A stretch of DNA of 64,000 nt from an uncultured Bacteroidales bacterium (GCA_963732115.1 CAVSYN010000034.1:105939-169938), one strand, 5' to 3'; positions 52,267 through 63,908 are shown, counted from the first letter of the stretch. Numbers and translations: made by a program. The notes: generated by a model not told the origin, from the sequence alone.

Positions 52267-54225
52267 ATGGTATCGGTCAGGGATGTTTCAGTTTCATTTG
52301 GCAGTTTCGATCTGCTGACAAATATTTCATTTCTTATTAATGAACAGGACCGGATTGGCCTTACAGGAAAGAATGGAGCAGGAAAGTCGACATTACTGAA
52401 AATCCTTTCCGGGATCCAGAACCCTACTTCAGGTTCAGTCGATATGTCGAAAGAGGTTACTATCGGCTATCTTCCCCAGCAAATGAGTGTGAACGATTCA
52501 ACAACGGTCATGAACGAAACACTGACAGCCTTTTCCGGCCTGACAGATCTTTCAAAAGAGATCGAAAAGTGCAGCAGGGAAATTGCTCTCAGGGGTGATT
52601 TTGACTCGCCGGAATACCTTAAGCTCTGTGATCATCTGACTGAAACAGAAGAACGCTTCAGAATCCTCGGAGGATCAAACTATATGGCTGAAACCGAACG
52701 AACACTTATCGGGCTTGGTTTTGAAAGAATGGATTTTGACAGGCCGACCAGTGAACTCAGCGGAGGGTGGAGAATGAGAATTGAACTGGCTAAGCTGATC
52801 CTTAAAAAACCATCCCTTTTCCTGCTTGATGAACCAACAAATCACCTTGATATTGAATCGATCCAATGGCTGGAGTCGTTTCTTGCCGGTTACCAGGGCG
52901 CTGTTATGATGGTTTCACACGACCGTGCTTTCCTTGACAATATTACAACCAGAACAATTGAAATTTCGCTTGGCAGAGTTTATGATTATAAGGTTCCCTG
53001 GTCGGAATATATTGTTCTCAGGGCAGAACGGAGGGAACAGCAGATTGCAGCATACAGGAACCAGCAGAAGATGATTGATGATACTGAAAAGTTCATTGAA
53101 AGGTTCAGGTATAAGGCAACCAAGGCAGTGCAGGTCCAGTCAAGAATAAAGCAGCTTAACAGAATTGAAAGGCTCGAAATTGATGAGGAGGATTCCAGCA
53201 AAATAAGCCTGAGGTTTCCTCCTTCCCTGCGGTCAGGTACAGTGGTTGTTGAAGCAGAGAACCTCACAAAAAACTATGGAGCCCATCAGGTGCTGCACAG
53301 GATAGGAATCACCATTACAAGGGGAGAAAAGGTTGCTTTTGTCGGACGCAACGGGGAAGGTAAAACTACACTTTCCAGGATCATTATAGGCGAACTTGAC
53401 TATGAAGGGCATCTCAAAACCGGACATAACGTCAGAATTGGCTATTTTGCACAGAACCAGGATGAATTGCTTGATGAGAACAAGACTGTTTTCGAAACAA
53501 TCGATTATGTAGCCAAAGGAGAAATAAGATCAAAGATCAGGGATATGCTTGGAGCTTTTCTCTTCCGTGGAGAGGACGTTGACAAAAAAGTAAAGGTCCT
53601 GTCGGGAGGGGAAAGATCGAGGCTTGCTCTCGTAAAACTGCTTCTTGAACCTTATAATCTTCTCCTGCTTGATGAGCCTACAAATCATCTTGATATGCGG
53701 TCAAAAGATATACTCAAGCAGGCTCTTCTGAACTTTGATGGCACGTTAATTGTGGTTTCTCATGACAGGGATTTTCTCAACGGTCTCGTAACAAAGGTTT
53801 ATGAATTCAGGAATACCAGGATTAAAGAGAATATCGGAGGGATCTATGATTTCCTGAGAAAGAAAAAGCTTGTTAATCTGAGAGATATTGAGCTAAAAGA
53901 CAAATTCTCTTTTCAAAACAAAAGGGAAGAAACACTTAACAAGCAAAAATATCTTGAAAAAAAGGAATTTGAACGAAATCTAAGGAAACTGCGGAAGAAG
54001 CTTGAAATATCTGAAAATAAGATTGAAGTAATGGAGGCAGAACTAAAGACCCTTGACAGGGAACTTATGATCAATGTCAGCTCACCCGATACAGCAGATA
54101 TTTTTAAAAAGTATGAAGACGTCAGGAAAAATCTTAATGAAGAGATGAACAACTGGGCAATCTTTTCGCATGAAGTTGATGAATTCTTAAAACAAACAGA
54201 AGAAAATGGAATTTCTAAAACTTGA
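52267..54225 (+). CDS. ABC-F family ATPase (two ABC domains, coiled-coil C-terminus)
   Basis: GLTGKNGAGKST and GRNGEGKTT Walker A motifs. LSGGWRMRIELAKL and LSGGERSRLALVKL signatures. LLLDEPTNHLD occurs twice. Start taken at MVSVRDVSV. Confidence 0.9.
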   Translation: MVSVRDVSVSFGSFDLLTNISFLINEQDRIGLTGKNGAGKSTLLKILSGIQNPTSGSVDMSKEVTIGYLPQQMSVNDSTTVMNETLTAFSGLTDLSKEIEKCSREIALRGDFDSPEYLKLCDHLTETEERFRILGGSNYMAETERTLIGLGFERMDFDRPTSELSGGWRMRIELAKLILKKPSLFLLDEPTNHLDIESIQWLESFLAGYQGAVMMVSHDRAFLDNITTRTIEISLGRVYDYKVPWSEYIVLRAERREQQIAAYRNQQKMIDDTEKFIERFRYKATKAVQVQSRIKQLNRIERLEIDEEDSSKISLRFPPSLRSGTVVVEAENLTKNYGAHQVLHRIGITITRGEKVAFVGRNGEGKTTLSRIIIGELDYEGHLKTGHNVRIGYFAQNQDELLDENKTVFETIDYVAKGEIRSKIRDMLGAFLFRGEDVDKKVKVLSGGERSRLALVKLLLEPYNLLLLDEPTNHLDMRSKDILKQALLNFDGTLIVVSHDRDFLNGLVTKVYEFRNTRIKENIGGIYDFLRKKKLVNLRDIELKDKFSFQNKREETLNKQKYLEKKEFERNLRKLRKKLEISENKIEVMEAELKTLDRELMINVSSPDTADIFKKYEDVRKNLNEEMNNWAIFSHEVDEFLKQTEENGISKT

Positions 54226-54988
54226 AAAGGAATATTCTGTCCATGTTTATGAGACTGGTCCTGATGGAAAGCTGAATCTTTATTCGCTGTTTGATTTTTT
54301 TCAGGATATAGCTTCCGATCATGCTGTAAGTCTTGGATATGGCAGGGATGATCTGCTGAAAAATAACAACTTCTGGGTTCTTTCAAGAATCTATGCCGAA
54401 ATTAACAAGCTTCCGCATTGGGGCGAATCGATAATCCTAAAAACCTGGCCCAGAGGCACTGACAGGTTATTCGCTCTCAGGGATTTCGAGGTTCGTTATC
54501 CGGATGGTACAACAATTGCACGGGCTACTTCCTCCTGGCTTATTGTTGACCAGACAACACGCAGGATCCAGAGGCCTGATGAAACCCTTACCAGCTACCG
54601 GTCTGTATTGCTTGGTGGAAACGCTCTTTCGCGGAATGCAACAAAACTGGAACCGGCTGAGCCTGAAGGACAGAATACGCAGAGTTTCAATGTAAAGGTA
54701 AGCGACCTGGATATTAACCTGCACACTAACAACGTCCGGTATTTGAAATGGGCAATAGACAGTTATGACCTTGATTTCACCTTGAAATATGTTCCTATAT
54801 CGGCTGAAATAAATTATCTTGCTGAATCGCATATAAATGACGATATCTGTATCAGGATATCAGAAGAAAAGGGAAAAGGCAATGTGTTTAACCATTCCGT
54901 CACCAGGATCACGGATAAAACTGAATTGTGCAGGATCAGGATCCAATGGCAAAACGATCATATTATAACAATTAAATTTTATCAGAGT
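54206..54988 (+). CDS. Acyl-ACP thioesterase; no in-frame stop before the next gene
   Basis: YSVHVYETGPDGKLNLYSLFDFFQDIASDHA, FWVLSRIYAEINKLPHWGE and DLDINLHTNNVRYLKW are typical of FatA/FatB-like thioesterases. The frame runs straight into the ATG at 54989. Confidence 0.75.
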
Positions 54989-56330
54989 ATGAACCGGATT
55001 AGTTCTTTCAGAAATTGCCGCATTTGGTTATATGCAGCCTTGATCGGAGCAGTACTGGTTTCCTGCAAGACAACACAGAAAGTTACTGTAGATCCGAAAG
55101 ATCTTTCGTATTTGTATAATCCGACAAAAAGTTCAATTAAACCACGTTTCACAGTTTTGATTGAGACTGACACCACGTCCAGTTCTTTCTGCCAAATTTT
55201 TTACCTCGGACCTGTTTTTTTCTGAAGCAAATCCACAGGGCATTCCTATGGCTCAGCTTCTGGTTACCGTAAAGTTGTACAATATCACCAGTGACAGGAT
55301 TCTTGCTGATACTTCTGCCATGAACATTAATATAGTCAAGGAAGCCACGCGACGCGAATATGTTTACAGGGTGCCTCTGATTGTTGAACCGGGTGCCAGG
55401 TATATGGCAGAAGTTAAAATACTTGACAGGCTGCGTCTTGAAGTTGTGCAGTCGTTTGTACCATTCAATACATTTTCAGTCAGCAACAGGTATAATTTCG
55501 TAGCAAGGGGTCATTTTAACAAGGCTGAGCTGTTCAACCCTGTTGTCAGGGTAAATGAATATCTCAACCTTCTTTATCCAAGGAAGTCTATTGACACCCT
55601 TTTCATCTCATTTTACAAACCATTCACGGAGGTACCATATCCGCCATCGATGATGTTGCCTGAAAAAGTAATAGATTATGATCCTGATACAGTTGTGGCT
55701 CTTCCCTATTCTGATACACTTCCAATTATGTTCCCCTCTGAAGGGATGTATTTTTGCACTATTGGAAAAGACCTTAACGAAGGATTCACATTCTATAATT
55801 TTGGAGAATCATTCCCCACTATGACAAAGCCTGAAGCTATGATCAAACCTCTTGCTTATCTTGCTTCAGAAGATGAGATGAATTCGATGCTATCCTCTGC
55901 CAGAACCAAAGCTGCGCTCGATGAGTTCTGGATAAAGTGCGGGGGAAATGTTGAAAAGTCGAGGGAGCTTATCCGGATTTATTATACCAGGATTCTGTAC
56001 TCAAACTACTATTTTACTTCTTATAAGGAAGGATGGAGAACAGAAAGGGGCATGATCTATACAATTTACGGACCTCCCGACAAAGTGTACAAGAATTCAG
56101 ACGGAGAAAGCTGGGGTTATCGCAAGCAAGTCATAAAATCATCGTGGGGTGGAAGGTACCATCTGAAGAATGATTACCTCTATTTCAATTTCAAAATCAG
56201 GGATAACAAGTTTTCAGATAATGATTTTTACCTGAGCCGGAATGAAACCCTTGTAACATACTGGGACAAGGCTATTGCCAGCTGGAGAAAGGGAATAGTT
56301 TTCCGTCTGGATAATCCGGAAGATCTGTAG
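54989..56330 (+). CDS. GWxTD domain-containing lipoprotein; one frame break near 55190
   Basis: Lipobox AVLVSCKTT in the tail of ORF 54206-55225. ORF 55161-56330 contains YKEGWRTERGMIYTIYGPPD (the GWxTD motif). Confidence 0.8.
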
Positions 56331-56335
56331 TTGCA

Positions 56336-57094
56336 ATGCTAAAGGAAAGTGATTGTATTTTTGGCCTCAGGGCAGTAATTGAAGCTATCAGGGCAGGTAA
56401 GCAAATTGACCGGCTGCTCGTGAAACAAGGTCTGCATGGTGCTTTGTATCACGAACTGATGATCGAAGTCCGGAAGCACAATATACCTTTTCAGATAGTA
56501 CCTCTCGAAAGAATTGAGCTTGTCACCAGGAAAAACCATCAGGGCGTTCTTGCCTGGCTTTCACTAATTGAATTCCAGTCTGTTTCCAATCTTCTGCCTA
56601 TGATTTATGAAAGAGGAGAAGATCCGCTTATCGTCGCACTCGAAGGTGTATCAGATGTCAGGAATTTCGGAGCGATAGTCCGGAGTGCCGATTGTCTTGG
56701 TGCACATGCTGTAATGATCCCTGAAAAAGGATCGGCAAGGATTACTGCCGACTCAATTAAAACCTCTGCCGGCGCTTTGCATACTTTCCCGGTTTGCAGA
56801 GAGAAGAGCATTGTCAGAGCGATTGAGTTCCTAAAAGAATCCGGACTAAAGGTCGTAACGGCTGACGAAAAATCGGGTAAAGAGATTTCAGAATCACCAC
56901 TTAAGGGTCCATTGGTACTTATAATGGGATCGGAAGACAAAGGTATTGGCCGTGATCTTTTATCGCTCGCGGATCATCGGGTAAGAATTCCGATGACAGG
57001 GAATATCAGTTCACTTAATGTATCGGTAGCTGCAGGAATTATTCTATATGAGATTGCCCGACAGCGTTCAATCTCATCAACCGATAATACTTAA
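56336..57094 (+). CDS. rlmB: 23S rRNA (guanosine-2'-O)-methyltransferase, SpoU/TrmH family (RlmB-like)
   Basis: IFGLRAVIEAIRAGK, EGVSDVRNFGAIVRSA, LIMGSEDKGI, IPMTGNISSLNVSVAAGIILYE. Confidence 0.85.
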   Translation: MLKESDCIFGLRAVIEAIRAGKQIDRLLVKQGLHGALYHELMIEVRKHNIPFQIVPLERIELVTRKNHQGVLAWLSLIEFQSVSNLLPMIYERGEDPLIVALEGVSDVRNFGAIVRSADCLGAHAVMIPEKGSARITADSIKTSAGALHTFPVCREKSIVRAIEFLKESGLKVVTADEKSGKEISESPLKGPLVLIMGSEDKGIGRDLLSLADHRVRIPMTGNISSLNVSVAAGIILYEIARQRSISSTDNT

Positions 57095-58295
57095 AATTCT
57101 CTGATCTAGCTTTTTCTGGTCAGCTGCAAATGAAGCAAGACCTGCAAGATTCAGAAGCGTGTCAGGTGCAATTTTGCCGTCTTTAATTTTCTGTGCCCAC
57201 CTTGAGTATACCGGTATTTTACCATCATCGGCAATAAATTTCTTCTCTTCCTTTGTAAGCGAAGGGAACATATCTTCACAGCCTTCATTTTGAGCAATGT
57301 TTATAAGTTCAGCGCCTGTTGAAGGAACCTTTGCTGAAAGAAGTTCAGCCAGGTTGAGAATCTTATCGTCAACATCCCAGAACCTTTCCAATGCGTGCAT
57401 TTCCGGCAGATGAATAAAGGCTGACCTCATAATTTTCGTGGGTTTTAGAGGAGAATTTCCCCTTTAACGATTTCCTTCCGGCTGCCGCAACTTTTGGAGG
57501 CATCGTAAACACATCAGTACCTGCCAGCAATTCAAGCTGATTATAGTTCCTCAGGCTTGCGGCAATCAGTTTTGACTGCCACGGGTTCTTTGCGGACAAT
57601 CCTGTTACCCAGTTCTGTGTGGAAATAACAGCCCTCTCGCCTGCTCCCGTTCCATCACCGAGTTTATTATCCATCATAAATGCTCCAATTCTGCCAAGGA
57701 AAACATTCAGGTAATCGGGCCGCGACAGTCTGGTAACCAGAATATTCTGGCGTGCACTGAATCCAAGGGTAAGGTTTACCCTTACACCAGTGTCCTTCAG
57801 CTTCCTTGCTCCGATTAGTCCTTCAGCTGTATAAGGGACCTTAACTATAAACTGGTCAGGACTGATCTCGTGGTATCTCTTCCCATAGTACTCAATTGCC
57901 TTGATATCATGGGCAGTATCGGTATGGAGCTCAACACTTACGTTACCACCGAATTTTGTGGCCAGCCTGAGCCCATGCCTTGAATTGAGCATGAAGGCTA
58001 TTTCACGGACCCTGTCTTCAAGAGGAAGCTCCTGAACAATATGTTTGGCCTCAGAGATAAAAATATCATAAATGCCTTTCTGTATCTCATTATTCAGTAA
58101 TGTGTTATTTGTTGTCAGAGCACTCATTTCAGCTGACCAGTTGGCCTCAGCTTCTTCCATATCTCCGGTATCAAGCCACAGTTCAGTACCGGCTTGCCTG
58201 AGCGATTCCCAGAACGGATCTTTCTTACCGTTTATATGTTTTTCGTTCAGGTTCTTCCAGATGTAATCGCTAATTCTTGTGTTTAGGTCAGCCAT
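57077..58295 (-). CDS. Transaldolase-family protein (long form); one frame break near 57420
   Basis: ELWLDTGD, LTTNNTLL, FIVKVPYTAEGLIGARKL, RVNLTLGFSARQ. ORFs 57369-58295 and 57077-57430 are contiguous. Confidence 0.75.
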
Positions 58296-58493
58296 GATTT
58301 AAGAAATTTTATATTAAACATACAATGCCTTATTTTGTTGCAGAAATCCTATGAAACTCATTAAGCCAGATTGCAGGATCATCTGAGTTATTCATAAAAG
58401 GATGTTTTATAATCAGGAGGCAAAATTATACAAATTATTAAACCATTTATGATTATTTTTAGCTTTACAACTATATATCAAAATAAGCAAATC

Positions 58494-59768
58494 ATGAAAG
58501 TCTGCAGCTCCCTTATCCTGGTCCTCCTTTCGCTTGTTGCTACGGCCCAGGTCAGTTTTGACAAATACTTCAGCGATAAAGTTTTACGATTCGACTTTAT
58601 GCTTGCCGGAAACAGTCAGAAAACCGTAGTTTACCCAGTGGGCATGAAAGAAGAACCTTTTTGGGCCGGTTCGGAAAAAACCCTTATTGATCCGTTCAAT
58701 TACGGGAATTTTAAATATGAAATTTTTGATAACGGTGACAACACGCTGATTTATTCCCGCGGATTTTGCACCCTATTCCAGGAGTGGCAAACAACAACGG
58801 AAGCAAAAACTGTGGAAAAAAGCTTCTACGAAGTTGCAACAATGCCCTTTCCAAAGAATAAGGTCCGTTTTGTGCTGAGCCTCAGGGAACGGGATGGTAA
58901 TTTCTCAAAACTTTATGAGACAGATATTGACCCGTCGGACTATTATATACGGAATGAGAAAACTGTAAATGCTGAAGTCACAAAGATTTACGATGCAGGC
59001 GATCCTCACCACTGCGTTGATCTTGCCTTTATTGCAGAAGGTTACAAGGCAGATGAAATGGGGAAATTCCGGGAGGATGTTAAAAAAATGACCGATGTCC
59101 TGTTTGCCGAAGCTCCCTACAGCGATTACAGGAACAAAATAAATATATGGGCGGTGGAGGCTGTTTCAGAAGATTCCGGAACCGATATTCCGGGAGAGAA
59201 GATTTATGTGAACACTGTTATGAACTCAAGCTTTTACACCTTCGGTACCGACAGGTATCTTACGACCCAGGATATTAAGTCAGTCAACGACTACGCTGCT
59301 GTTGCGCCTCATGATAATATCATAGTCCTGATCAACAGCACCAAATACGGAGGAGGAGGTGTATACAACTACTACAGCGGCACCACCGCAGGACATTTGC
59401 TCTCTCCCAAAGTGTTCATACATGAATTCGGACACGGATTTGCAGGGCTAGCCGATGAATATTATTCAAGTTCAGTGGCTTATGATGAGTTCTATCCCCT
59501 CAATATCGAACCATGGGAGCCTAACATCACCACTATGGTCAGTTTCGAATCAAAGTGGAAAAGCTTGATAAAGAAGGAGACCCCGGTTCCGACTCCGGCT
59601 GAGGATAAGTACAGTAATACTACAGGGTTATTTGAAGGCGGAGGTTATTCAGCAAAGGGTATTTACCGTCCGGAGATGGATTGCAGGATGAAGAGCAACG
59701 GCACAAAGGGCTATTGCTCAGTGTGCCGTGAAGCAGTCAGGAAGATGATCGAATTTTACACCAAATAA
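58494..59768 (+). CDS. M64 family (IgA-peptidase-like) zinc metallopeptidase
   Basis: Signal peptide MKVCSSLILVLLSLVATAQ. Zinc motif IHEFGHGFAGLADEY. Confidence 0.85.
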   Translation: MKVCSSLILVLLSLVATAQVSFDKYFSDKVLRFDFMLAGNSQKTVVYPVGMKEEPFWAGSEKTLIDPFNYGNFKYEIFDNGDNTLIYSRGFCTLFQEWQTTTEAKTVEKSFYEVATMPFPKNKVRFVLSLRERDGNFSKLYETDIDPSDYYIRNEKTVNAEVTKIYDAGDPHHCVDLAFIAEGYKADEMGKFREDVKKMTDVLFAEAPYSDYRNKINIWAVEAVSEDSGTDIPGEKIYVNTVMNSSFYTFGTDRYLTTQDIKSVNDYAAVAPHDNIIVLINSTKYGGGGVYNYYSGTTAGHLLSPKVFIHEFGHGFAGLADEYYSSSVAYDEFYPLNIEPWEPNITTMVSFESKWKSLIKKETPVPTPAEDKYSNTTGLFEGGGYSAKGIYRPEMDCRMKSNGTKGYCSVCREAVRKMIEFYTK

Positions 59769-59820
59769 TGATGTTAGGGCCGTTGCATGCATTGACCCCA
59801 TCCTTAATTTATTATTCTAT

Positions 59821-60162
59821 TTATTTTTTCCTGTCAATCAGATAGAATAACACAAGGCTGAGTCCGCCAAAAACGAATATCATCGAAAAATAACCGGCTG
59901 CCTCGGAAGGAAATGCCTGTGCTGAATCAAGAAGTGCACCGGCAATAACTCCGAGACCTATACCAACCAGAAGCATACCGATCTTAAGGGTGAATTTATT
60001 CCAGTTAATCAGGCCTTTTGCGTCTTTTCCCGTGTTGAACAGACTTGCATCGGCACCTTTTTCAATCAGGGCAATCCGCTCCCTGTTGCGGGTTGAATAG
60101 AAAACATACATTATACCAAAAACAGTGGCAAAGAATGCGATAAAACCAACTAAAGTTCCCAT
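59821..60162 (-). CDS. Small integral membrane protein (three or four TM segments)
   Basis: 113-aa hydrophobic ORF, divergent from the ECF sigma factor gene. Confidence 0.5.
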   Translation of the reverse strand: MGTLVGFIAFFATVFGIMYVFYSTRNRERIALIEKGADASLFNTGKDAKGLINWNKFTLKIGMLLVGIGLGVIAGALLDSAQAFPSEAAGYFSMIFVFGGLSLVLFYLIDRKK

Positions 60163-60311
60163 GTCTGATTATTTTAAATGATTAATTAATTTGAACTTTA
60201 GACACAGGGAATAGCCTTCAGGTTACATAACTTCATGAAAACTTTTAAATTCCGCTCTTTTTGCGTGATGAAATAATTATTGCCCAACTCCCGTAACCAT
60301 TTTGTAACTTT

Positions 60312-60905
60312 ATGCGTCAAAGAGCCGTAATGGATTCTGAAAGCGATAAATATTATATCGAACGGGTATTGGAAGGGAAAATCAATGCTTTTTCATTTCT
60401 GGTCGACAGGCATAAAGACAGGGCTTATAACCTGGCTTTCAGAATCTGCGGGAATTGCGAGGAAGCGGAAGAGGTTGCCCAGGATGCGTTCCTGAAAGCC
60501 TTTCGGTCGCTTAAGGATTTCAGGATGAAAAGCAGTTTTGCCACCTGGTTATACCGGATTGTTTATAATACTGCGATTTCGCTGGTAAGGAACAGAAGAA
60601 AAGGAGTGCTTTCACTGGAAGATTTTCCTGCTGATGCTGTTGATTTTCTAAGCATAAATAAAAATGAAGACGATGCCATTGAAGATTACAGGAATTCCCT
60701 TGTCAATTTTGCCATGCAAAAAATAAATGATGAAGAGAGAGGTCTGATAACTCTCTACTACTACAATGATCTGGATACAGAAGAGATTTCAAAAATAACC
60801 GGTATAAACAAGGTAAATATTAAAGTAAGACTCTTCAGGGCAAGACAGAAAATGGCTGAAATTATCAGAAAAGTTGAAAAGAAACACGTATTTTACAATG
60901 GATAA
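60312..60905 (+). CDS. ECF-type RNA polymerase sigma-70 factor
   Basis: Region 2 EEVAQDAFLKAF....F....SF.TWLYRIVYN and a region 4 helix-turn-helix LDTEEISKITGINKVNIKVRLFRAR. Confidence 0.85.
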   Translation: MRQRAVMDSESDKYYIERVLEGKINAFSFLVDRHKDRAYNLAFRICGNCEEAEEVAQDAFLKAFRSLKDFRMKSSFATWLYRIVYNTAISLVRNRRKGVLSLEDFPADAVDFLSINKNEDDAIEDYRNSLVNFAMQKINDEERGLITLYYYNDLDTEEISKITGINKVNIKVRLFRARQKMAEIIRKVEKKHVFYNG

Positions 60906-61319
60906 AAAGGAACAATACGATGAGGATTTGCTCAGGAAGTATATAAATCCTGAGAAGATCATAGGGGCCCCCGAAGGATTCACTTCAAAGACCCTGACAA
61001 GGATTCAGATAGAGTCCCAGTCAAAGGAGGGGACAAAAAGTTTCTTTGTAAGGAACAGGATACCACTGATTTCATTGGTAATTACTGCAGGATTGATTGT
61101 TGCAGCTATTTTCATTCCGGCAAATAAAACTGATGTCGTTGGTACTGCAATTCTGAAGTTTTTCCAGGACATCCCGATTACTCAATACCTGAGATCAAAT
61201 TAACCGGTTTCAAGGATATGAGCCTGCCCGGCTGGATCGGCTACTCTTATCTGGTAATATTATTGCTGGCCTTTATCGACTGGGCTCTTTCGGGAGCTTT
61301 CCACAAACAAAGAAAATAG
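60898..61319 (+). CDS. Putative membrane-bound anti-sigma-like protein; possible frame break at 61200
   Basis: Its ATG overlaps the sigma factor stop (ATGGATAA). TM helix IPLISLVITAGLIVAAIFI. A second TM helix WIGYSYLVILLLAFIDWAL continues in another frame to the stop at 61317-61319. Confidence 0.4.
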
Positions 61320-61633
61320 TCTTGGGGGGGAAGGAGACTTTTGAGAAAAGACTTTAGTTTACAGACCTTGACCAGTGAATTCAACCCTTTCGCATTCAGC
61401 GACAGGCTCATAGCTTGTAGCTCTTCCCTGATGCCCAGCTTTATATCACAGCTGCCCTTCAGATGAACAATAAGTGCGCATTGTTCTGCCTGTACGGAAT
61501 CATGACCGCAAATTTCGATCAGCGATTTGATAACATAATCAAAGTTATTGACCTCATCATTGTACAGGATAAGTGTATGCTTTACACTTTCACTGTTTTG
61601 ATTATCACCTTTGTGTAATGTCTTTTCTTTCAT
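61247..61633 (-). CDS. clpS: ATP-dependent Clp protease adaptor ClpS (the ORF seems about 35 codons too long at its 3' end)
   Basis: Core HTLILYNDEVNNFDYVIKSLIEICGHDSVQAEQCALIVHLKG. The tail after ...GLNSLVKV is low-quality sequence overlapping the convergent gene. Confidence 0.8.
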   Translation of the reverse strand: MKEKTLHKGDNQNSESVKHTLILYNDEVNNFDYVIKSLIEICGHDSVQAEQCALIVHLKGSCDIKLGIREELQAMSLSLNAKGLNSLVKVCKLKSFLKSLLPPQDYFLCLWKAPERAQSIKASNNITR

Positions 61634-63274
61634 TTTATCTTATCAAAAAGCTCCTTTGCAGTTTCCACCGGTACTTCTTTTGGCCCGAGATATGCAACAA
61701 CCTTTGCTTCACGGCAACCATTGCGAACCAGAAGATCAGCATATTCAGAAGCACTTTCAAAGGTAATGAATTTTCCTATAATATAAGCAGTTGAACCATC
61801 CTGTGTTGATAAAATATCGAGACCTCTGTTCCCGGCCAGTTTCTTATATGTCTCTTCAGTTTCCCTGCTGACAGGTAAAACAGCCCTTGCAACCTCAACT
61901 CTGAATATAAGGGTTGAAGGGCCTTCTTCAGCTACAGGCTGGTTTGGCTCATTGCCAGGTTTAATCAAAGATTTCTGACCCCATTCATTCTCAAGGATTG
62001 CAGCCCTTTCAATCGATACTGGCTTACCATCGAGGACGGCTGTTATAAATGAATCCCTGAATCCTGCCTGCTTCACAGCGAGTAGCGACCTGCTTGCATC
62101 AGCCATCCTGCGGAAGACCCCGACAAAATATTTTATAGAGGTTTTATCGGGTATCCTGAACCCTAATGCCGGGGTAATCCCTTTAAAGAACTCCGGAGAT
62201 AAAGGCTTGCTGAAAACTCCCATCTGAATCCGGTAAACCAGCCCGGCCGGCAATTCAGGATCTATCATCACTTTCTGGTTTTTAACAGCCTCAGGGTCCG
62301 TTTCAACTTTAAACATAGAATAAACTCCACTATTGTTTCGCCTGACCGGCTCCTGAGGTTGTGCCGGTTTAATTATGGTTTTATTGGTTTCGGGTGGTTT
62401 GGTATCTGTATTTTGAACCGCAATTGCAGGTTTTGACGCCTCTGGCTGCGGAGGAATGGGATCCTTCCTTGCTTCAGACTGAACACCGGCTTTGGCAAAA
62501 TTGTCGTCAGCACGCTTCTGATAACTGGCTGCAAGCAAATCTGCATCAGATATTCTGGATTTTTGCTGCAGGCTTTTGTGAAGCAGGAAGGGAATTGAAT
62601 TCTTTCCTGTATCCGGCAGCAAGTGCATTAAGGGAATCAGCCCTGACCTGGTACTTCATTGCTTCCGACAGTAATTTGTCGTATCCGGCAGGCAGGTTCT
62701 GAAGTTGCGGAGCCGCCTTTGCAGCAACCGGAATGGCCGGTTTTGTTTGAGTTGTTGATTTATCGGCAATCACGGGTTGTTTATAATCAGTTTCTTTGAG
62801 GCGTCCACTACCTTCATTGCACTCCTGAACAAAATCACTAACATTATACAACCTGGAACTTCTATTCCCTGCTTTATTTTCAAAAACTGAAAATGATTTT
62901 ATCGCATCAGCGTACCTGCCAGACATCTGCTGTGATCTCCCCAGATAAAACCAGGCATCGTCAGGTATACTCTTAATATCGAGCGATCCGTTCAGTGCAT
63001 CACTGAGAAAGGTCGAAGCGCTTTCCGGATCGCGATTCAATTTTACCAGGCATACTCCTGAATAATATTTGTACAGCGGATCCCGTGGAAACATCTGCAG
63101 AAGAATGCTGAATTCATTGTATGCTTTTGCAAAATCCTCTTTTGAAAAGGCTTCCATTGCTGCCTGACGTGAGGGCTTCTGAGAACTTTCCTGTGCGAAC
63201 AAAGGCTCGCAGGAAAGATCTGCGGCAATAATGATAAACAACAATATGATATTTTCTATGATCCTGATTTTCAT
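61630..63274 (-). CDS. Secreted TPR protein with two C-terminal SPOR domains; one frame break near 62590
   Basis: ORF 62546-63274 carries a signal peptide and TPR-like helices. ORF 61630-62628 carries a Pro/Gln-rich linker and SPOR repeats (VYRIQMGVFSK..., LIFRVEVARAV...). Confidence 0.7.
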
Positions 63275-63433
63275 TTTTAGAAGTACTTATTTAATTATCT
63301 TATTATCAGCTTTTTAATTTATTTGTTCCCCATACCTTGAGAACGCTTTATGTTGATAATAATTGTTCAGCAGATATATCCAAAAACGATTCAAACTTCG
63401 TAAATTTACCCCTAATTACAAAATCTGAACCTG

Positions 63434-63895
63434 ATGATACAGCTTGAGGAAGGCATGAAAGCACCATACTTTGAGGGCATTGACCAGAGTGGCAGATTAG
63501 TAAGACTAAGCGATTTTTCCGGAAAGAAGGTAATATTGTTCTTTTACCCCAAGGACAATACGCCAGGATGCACGGCCGAAGCCTGCGATCTCCGCGACAA
63601 CCATAACGAGCTGATTAAGAAAGGTTTTGCAGTTGTTGGGGTCAGCATGGACACTGAAAAAACTCATAAAAGATTTGCAGCAAAGTACTCCCTCCCCTTT
63701 CCTTTGATCGCGGATACTTCAAAAAAAATACTGAATGGTTACGGAGTATACAACCAGAAGAAACTATTTGGCCGGAGTTTCCTTGGTATTGTCCGAACTA
63801 CATTTATTATAAATGAACAAGGAATTATCGAAAAAATCATAACAAAAGTTAAAACCGGTAATCATACGGAACAAGTATTTAAATTGTATAAGTAA
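63434..63895 (+). CDS. bcp: Thioredoxin-dependent thiol peroxidase (peroxiredoxin Q/BCP)
   Basis: FSGKKVILFFYPKDNTPGCTAEAC active-site context. Length 153 aa. Confidence 0.9.
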   Translation: MIQLEEGMKAPYFEGIDQSGRLVRLSDFSGKKVILFFYPKDNTPGCTAEACDLRDNHNELIKKGFAVVGVSMDTEKTHKRFAAKYSLPFPLIADTSKKILNGYGVYNQKKLFGRSFLGIVRTTFIINEQGIIEKIITKVKTGNHTEQVFKLYK

Positions 63896-63908
63896 TTAAA
63901 CCAATAAT

